Source of the DNA: Thainema sp.
Lineage (GTDB): Bacteria; Cyanobacteriota; Cyanobacteriia; Phormidesmidales; Phormidesmidaceae
Reading direction: 5' to 3'
Assembly: GCA_052168235.1 (NCBI GenBank)
Contig: JBQLZK010000019.1
Coordinates: 33,955-97,954 of the forward strand
DNA length: 64,000 nt
The notes below the pieces were generated by a model. It was not told where the DNA came from and made no database searches. It was given only the letters and a program-made list of their open reading frames with translations. Numbering within the stretch: position 1 is the stretch's first letter; every line of letters starts with the position of its first letter. Positions 59,017 through 64,000 of this stretch are shown here, one piece after another. A program made the position numbers and the translations under genes.

Positions 59017-59107
59017 TAGACTTTATCGGAAATTGTTTTGTAGCGCGGCTCCGCCACGCTACAAAACAATTTCCAACGCCAAAAAACTTTATTTCCAACA
59101 AAGTCTA
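59017..59107. mobile_element. About 90 bp MITE-like element, copy 2
   Basis: Reverse complement of 5843-5932 with a few substitutions. Confidence 0.75.
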
Positions 59108-59139
59108 CTATATGGGATTTCAAATACTGGTATCTGGAA

Positions 59140-59685
59140 CTATCTGTCAGAACCGGAAAGAATAGGCTCTCCAATACCTCTACGTATAGTTTCTAGCTGC
59201 TCAACCATCGTGTCAGTTTCGGCTCCGGGTTCCAGCATCAGCAGCAACAATTCCTGATCTGCTGTACGTTGGGATGCACAGCGATCGTCTCCTCGTCCGG
59301 GAGGAACCTTTACATAGATGACCGGAAACTGAGCCTGCGACCACGGAAAAGTCCGAGTCTCTACGAAAAAAGGACTAGGTATATCGCCTGTATTTTCCAA
59401 AAACTCTGTTATGAATCCACACGCATAGTAAGTTTGAAGCCGACTTGCAAATTCCTGGCACCGCTTGGCAGGAGGATAAAGCTGATCAAACCAGCGCGAG
59501 GACTGCCAGCGCACAATCTCAACGGGTTCTGGCTGTTCTCGGATATGTGCAACGGTTGTTAATGTTCCATTAACTGTCTCACACAAGAAAATAGTGTCAG
59601 AACTGAATGCAGGTTTAGCTAGCAAGCTGCTAAATCCAACTGTAAAAGTAGAGGCCAAACTGATGGCCCAAAATCCGTATTTCAT
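59140..59685 (-). CDS. COP23-like domain exported protein
   Basis: Signal peptide, F.C...NGTLTTVA, IVRWQS, P..RCQEFASRLQ, FPVI, LL..LEP. Confidence 0.7.
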   Translation of the reverse strand: MKYGFWAISLASTFTVGFSSLLAKPAFSSDTIFLCETVNGTLTTVAHIREQPEPVEIVRWQSSRWFDQLYPPAKRCQEFASRLQTYYACGFITEFLENTGDIPSPFFVETRTFPWSQAQFPVIYVKVPPGRGDDRCASQRTADQELLLLMLEPGAETDTMVEQLETIRRGIGEPILSGSDR

Positions 59686-59706
59686 AGATACATATCTCCC
59701 TTCATA

Positions 59707-61581
59707 TCAGAATGGACCATCTGCTGATTGATTTTGGTCAGCAGCAAATTGATCTTGATTAAGTCGGAAAGATTGCGCAATTTTCCTCAGATCCTGTTCA
59801 GCTCCTTCTTGCTGCACATATTCACCGAACGAATCCAAAATAATATTGTAAAGATAGTTCCCCTGAATTAGATAAAAGACCGACCGCTTGACGGGAATAC
59901 TATTATCCACTCTGTCAACTGTTGCAAGAGTCGCATATTCAAGTCCTTCTCCATCAGCTAAGCTCACTCGACGAACGGTTGCAGTAGCATCGTCTTGCCG
60001 AAGATTAGCAGCTATTTCATCTAGTGAGTCTTCATCTTCTGAAAGCTCACTTCTCAGTACATAAACAATTTGAGTATCTGTGAAGTTGCTATTGTTAACA
60101 GGTTCTGCTGATTGTTTATAGGCTACAAAATCTCCAAAAAATTGTGTATCGATAAGCCACACAGGGACAGAGCCACTGGAACCAGTGATGTCATTAGTCC
60201 AGTCGGTCGGAATTTTCAAACTAGCGTACGGGGGTTCAGTCTCTTGAGCAGTAATCTGCTTTGATAACAACCCAACTTGAAATGCTTGAGAAGAAATATC
60301 GTATTGTTGCCAAGCTGGCGCACGCTGCGCCTCGTTTCCTTGAGCACAGATTGCAGCAAACTCATCCGCTTCAGGATCACCAGGAATTCGAAAATCATTG
60401 CAATCTAGGGGGGCTGTTTCTGTACTTGAAGCAACAATGTCACGGGTTCTTCCCGGAACGGTGTAGATATAACGTTCACCCTTAAATACGACTTTGCCTC
60501 CAGGATCAGCAACTGAACGAACAAAGGCTGCACCTGCTAATGTATCAATGATTATTTGGCTGTCTGTTCTACTTGTTTTTACTTTCGTTGCCTCAGTTCC
60601 ATAGGGCTGAACAATAACTGTACTTTCGCTGATTACAGCTGGCGCACAGCTAGTTTTGGACTCGGCGATCGCTTCATTTTTCAACTCACGAAGGCTTAAT
60701 TCAATATCTGTACCATTAAGGTTATTGCGAACAAAACTACGATCATCTTCACAACGAAGTGATACTGCTAAATTTGACTGGTCAAAAGCCCATTCTCCAG
60801 AAGTAACATCAAAGCATTCGCTACCGGTATTGCTTTCACAGAGTTGGACGGTCTCTTGGCATGGAGATGCATTGGGAGAGAAGACATCAATCCAATTTTC
60901 TTGAGAGACATCATATTCCCATCCATTACCACTTGCTGAAACCGCACCACAGTAACGAGCGAAATTATTTAGAGGAGAAGCATCGCTGATCAAGTCGATG
61001 GTTTTCGTCAACGCGGCATGGGGTGCATTAATTAACTGGTCAATTGTGCTGATTGCATATCTACGGTGTTCAACCTTCACACCTTGTGCGCAGGTACCTC
61101 CGTTTTTTCTAACACCCCAACTCCATTCAGAACTTCCAGACCAATCTACACACGGAAATATGAAGCTTGTAGCGCTTGCATCACTACCATTTGGACCAAA
61201 TTTAGCAACTAGCTGCATCGGCCTTCCATTGTTGTAGAAGTTCATTGCAGCATAAGAACGACTGTCATTCCGCACAGTGACCTTTTGATAATATGAAACC
61301 ACTGAGTCATTCCGATCCGCCCGCTTTGAGTCACTTATAATCAGAGTCCCATTTGGAGGGATAAACTCACGGATAATTTCAACATTAGTCACATTTGGAT
61401 CACTACCGTTAGGTTGATTGCTGATGATTGCTCCAGTAGGATTGCGGTCGAAAATCTGGCCATATCCTTCTAGACAAGCCAAAAGAATATATGCAGGTGC
61501 AAAAACCACAGGGGCGGCCACCATGATCCACTTGAAGCGATAACGCAGATTTATTTTTGTGCTGTTTTTTAGAAGTCTCAT
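59707..61581 (-). CDS. Exported or membrane-anchored Cys-rich hypothetical protein
   Basis: 624-aa ORF, N-terminal hydrophobic segment, many Cys, PsbP-like C-terminus (LKIPTDW...KIAQSFRL). Confidence 0.7.
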   Translation of the reverse strand: MRLLKNSTKINLRYRFKWIMVAAPVVFAPAYILLACLEGYGQIFDRNPTGAIISNQPNGSDPNVTNVEIIREFIPPNGTLIISDSKRADRNDSVVSYYQKVTVRNDSRSYAAMNFYNNGRPMQLVAKFGPNGSDASATSFIFPCVDWSGSSEWSWGVRKNGGTCAQGVKVEHRRYAISTIDQLINAPHAALTKTIDLISDASPLNNFARYCGAVSASGNGWEYDVSQENWIDVFSPNASPCQETVQLCESNTGSECFDVTSGEWAFDQSNLAVSLRCEDDRSFVRNNLNGTDIELSLRELKNEAIAESKTSCAPAVISESTVIVQPYGTEATKVKTSRTDSQIIIDTLAGAAFVRSVADPGGKVVFKGERYIYTVPGRTRDIVASSTETAPLDCNDFRIPGDPEADEFAAICAQGNEAQRAPAWQQYDISSQAFQVGLLSKQITAQETEPPYASLKIPTDWTNDITGSSGSVPVWLIDTQFFGDFVAYKQSAEPVNNSNFTDTQIVYVLRSELSEDEDSLDEIAANLRQDDATATVRRVSLADGEGLEYATLATVDRVDNSIPVKRSVFYLIQGNYLYNIILDSFGEYVQQEGAEQDLRKIAQSFRLNQDQFAADQNQSADGPF

Positions 61582-61638
61582 AACATCTTTATCTAGAAAA
61601 CAATGAGGAATTTTGAGTTAGACTCAGTCGTTGTGCAT

Positions 61639-63987
61639 CTACACTTCGCCTATACCACATTGAATGAGTCGATTTTCGCCAATATAAGTTTGCTGAACAA
61701 AGATTTCTGCTGAAAGTGTTGATTCATTGAGCTGATTACAATTTGGATTGAAACGGTTTAAGCTATCTTCAAACTCGTCAGGTGGACCAAACCAGCCGCA
61801 GTCATTATTTGTAAGCTCTCGCCATGCCTCTTCAATATCTTGTAATATTGGGCAGGGTATTCTATCAGTTTCTTCTGGCCCGCTTAATATTCCGTCATCA
61901 TCAAGATCAGCACCAGTATCTCTTATCGCCACAATATAAGTAGACCTAAGGGCTCCAACTTCGTATCGATTTTCGAGGTCTGTGACATCTCCGGACTCTC
62001 TTGGTTTACCAATTTCATTAGCTTCCAGATAACTTTTTAGTTCTGGCAATCTTTCTGCACGAATTATTGAAATGATTGCATCTGTGGAGTGAGTAAATAA
62101 TTCTTCTATGCCCACGGAATCAAAGTCGTCTGTCAAATTTTCCGTGGCTGCAGACTGCAAACTCATAGCATAATCTCGTGCGACTTGATAATTCGATAGA
62201 GCGTCCTCTATACGACCGACCTGCTGAAATTGTCTGCCTTGTTCAAGGATATCTGCTGCAACTGGTAACAGTTCGGGGTTGATAACACCCTTAGCAACAT
62301 CAGCCACAAGCTGAGCATATCGCTGCTGTTGTTGAGCATATCGCTGCTGCTGCCGTTGCCATCCGATCAATCCACTGCCACCAACTACTGCCACCAAAAG
62401 AACAATTATAGCGATCGCAAATTTTTGAGTAGCTTTACGAGCTTTACGTTCTTGTGCCTGTGCTTTCTTAGCTTCAGCAGCAGCCCGTTTCTCCTGTTCC
62501 AACGCGTTACGAGTTAAATTCAACTCACGCTGTCTTCTAGCCTCTGCTTCCTGGCGTAACCGCTGCTGTCGGTCAACGCTGCTTTGAAGAAAAGCTTTTT
62601 CATCTTCAGTTAATCCACCCAGGGTAATCTCAAATAGCTTTTGCTGTTGCAGTTCTAAAGCCCGGTCAAGTTTTGTGCCGCTCCAAAGCTCCTCTTCCGC
62701 AGCCGCTGGGTCATTATTCAAAAGCTGTCGCCATCGAATAGAGTCATCCCGTAAACGATTATTAATAATGATGACTTCCTTACTTTCATCAATCCAAGTT
62801 TGTAGGGTTTTCCATGAACTTAGTAGAGCCTCATGAGCAATTTCAACTGTTGAGTACTGTTCCTTGCTAACAATAAAGAAATTATCATCAGTTGATTGTC
62901 GTCGATCATTACTAACTAGGAGATTATAGTCAACAAGCCTTTGAAGAATTTGACGTTCATGTTGATCCTCAAAGGACATTAGTGAAACTCGCTTACTGAC
63001 AGCTCGACCTGCTAGATCAACTTCTTCGATCGAACCGACAACATCCACCAGTTTTAGAAAAATCTGTTTGACTTCTATTCTCTCTTCAGGGTTAAAGCTT
63101 CTATAGATTGTGTCCACTCGGCGCTGGAGCGCACCCCGTACACCACCCAATTCTCGATAAGTTTGCGTATTGAGAGTGCGATCGCGAATATCATCTCGCT
63201 GCCAAAGTAGGTCGAGCGTATACTGAAGCAACGGCAAAGAGCCAGCCTGACCTTGCACATCTTTGATGATTTCTTCAACCAAGCCTTCTTCAAAAACAAC
63301 ACCGTTATGAGCTGCAGGTTGCTCGATCGCTAGCCTTAATTCATCAGGATGCATATCGGTTACTAACTGTATGTGTCCTTGAAGTAACCGACCCAGATTA
63401 GGGTAAGCGCTAATTCGATCCAAAAAATCAGCCCGCATTGTCAAAATCAACTTAACAGAGTGCCATCCAGCATGCTGAAGAGCGCTATTTAAGGCCAATA
63501 GCGCCTTGATAAAGACCGCTCGTTTTGAAGGTGGTGTTAGGGTAAACAGCTCTTCAAACTGATCGATGAGAATGAGCCACTGCTGATTTGTAGGTTTTAG
63601 AGTTTTAACAGTTTGAATCAGCGTTTTGTAGTCTGCTGGGCGAGCAACTTTTGCCTCATCCTGCTTAAAGGTTTGCAATAAGCTGGCATATAACGATTCA
63701 AAGGGGTCGCGATCGGGGGTAAAGAAAATTGGTAAAAATTGAGAACCCCACGTTTGCTTCAGTCGAGGCGTTAATCCAGCCCGTACAGCTGAAGATTTAC
63801 CGCTACCAGAAGCCCCCAGCAGCAAAATTAGATTATTCGTCTCCAGATCAGTAACCAAACTTCGAATCAGTTGATCTCGTCCAAAGAACAGTTCACGGTC
63901 ATTAGCCTCAAACCGTTTTAATCCCTTGTAGGGCGATACTTCAATTAGGGCACTTCGAAAAATAGCCAGAACGATCTCAATATGAGA
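61639..63987 (-). CDS. nSTAND1-type NTPase with coiled coil, TM helix and extracytoplasmic C-terminal domain; start unresolved
   Basis: SPYKGL..F...D..LFFGRD, GASGSGKSS, ILIDQFEELFT, TMRADF, LPLLQYTL, EIAHEALL..W. The frame is open to a TGA at 63988-63990. Confidence 0.85.
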   Translation of the reverse strand, partial: SHIEIVLAIFRSALIEVSPYKGLKRFEANDRELFFGRDQLIRSLVTDLETNNLILLLGASGSGKSSAVRAGLTPRLKQTWGSQFLPIFFTPDRDPFESLYASLLQTFKQDEAKVARPADYKTLIQTVKTLKPTNQQWLILIDQFEELFTLTPPSKRAVFIKALLALNSALQHAGWHSVKLILTMRADFLDRISAYPNLGRLLQGHIQLVTDMHPDELRLAIEQPAAHNGVVFEEGLVEEIIKDVQGQAGSLPLLQYTLDLLWQRDDIRDRTLNTQTYRELGGVRGALQRRVDTIYRSFNPEERIEVKQIFLKLVDVVGSIEEVDLAGRAVSKRVSLMSFEDQHERQILQRLVDYNLLVSNDRRQSTDDNFFIVSKEQYSTVEIAHEALLSSWKTLQTWIDESKEVIIINNRLRDDSIRWRQLLNNDPAAAEEELWSGTKLDRALELQQQKLFEITLGGLTEDEKAFLQSSVDRQQRLRQEAEARRQRELNLTRNALEQEKRAAAEAKKAQAQERKARKATQKFAIAIIVLLVAVVGGSGLIGWQRQQQRYAQQQQRYAQLVADVAKGVINPELLPVAADILEQGRQFQQVGRIEDALSNYQVARDYAMSLQSAATENLTDDFDSVGIEELFTHSTDAIISIIRAERLPELKSYLEANEIGKPRESGDVTDLENRYEVGALRSTYIVAIRDTGADLDDDGILSGPEETDRIPCPILQDIEEAWRELTNNDCGWFGPPDEFEDSLNRFNPNCNQLNESTLSAEIFVQQTYIGENRLIQCGIGEV

Positions 63988-64000
63988 TCATAAGGTGGGA

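Noticed and set aside
62311..62352. 21-bp tandem duplication (QQQRYAQ twice)
   Set aside because: A simple in-frame slippage next to the TM helix; no evidence of function.
1..64000. Very frequent GCGATCGC
   Set aside because: This is the well-known cyanobacterial HIP1; useful for taxonomy but not novel.

Overview
This is a 64 kb window from a cyanobacterium, judged by the very frequent HIP1 octamer GCGATCGC, an AMIN-domain TonB receptor, an SLH porin, COP23 and PEP-CTERM genes. The centre (16.2-48.9 kb) is an NRPS/PKS lipopeptide siderophore cluster with several Fur-like boxes. It encodes a TonB-dependent receptor, FAAL, ACP, KS-AT-ACP-aminotransferase-C, sucrase-ferredoxin, a siderophore-binding protein, a PvdE/SyrD-type exporter, a free C domain, a TauD hydroxylase, interface-A(Asp)-T-E, C-A(Thr)-T, KS-AT-KR-ACP and a thioesterase. 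Its docking-like termini suggest a looped assembly line that reuses a single beta-OH-Asp module. To the left are an uncharacterised five-gene operon (heme-oxygenase-like diiron enzyme, enolase-superfamily enzyme, GH3 amide synthetase, membrane protein, CocE hydrolase), four alternating-strand TIGR04282/04283-associated genes, hemJ, yhcG and corA. To the right are a phytochelatin synthase and a small Bell-like helical protein with an amyloid-like tail, separated from an NB-ARC-TPR NLR by a single in-frame UGA. Further right are a porin, the divergent perR-peroxiredoxin pair and a membrane-anchored nSTAND1 locus. Several MITE and REPIN families occur. No rRNA, tRNA or CRISPR array was seen. All family calls are by motif recognition; no database search was run.
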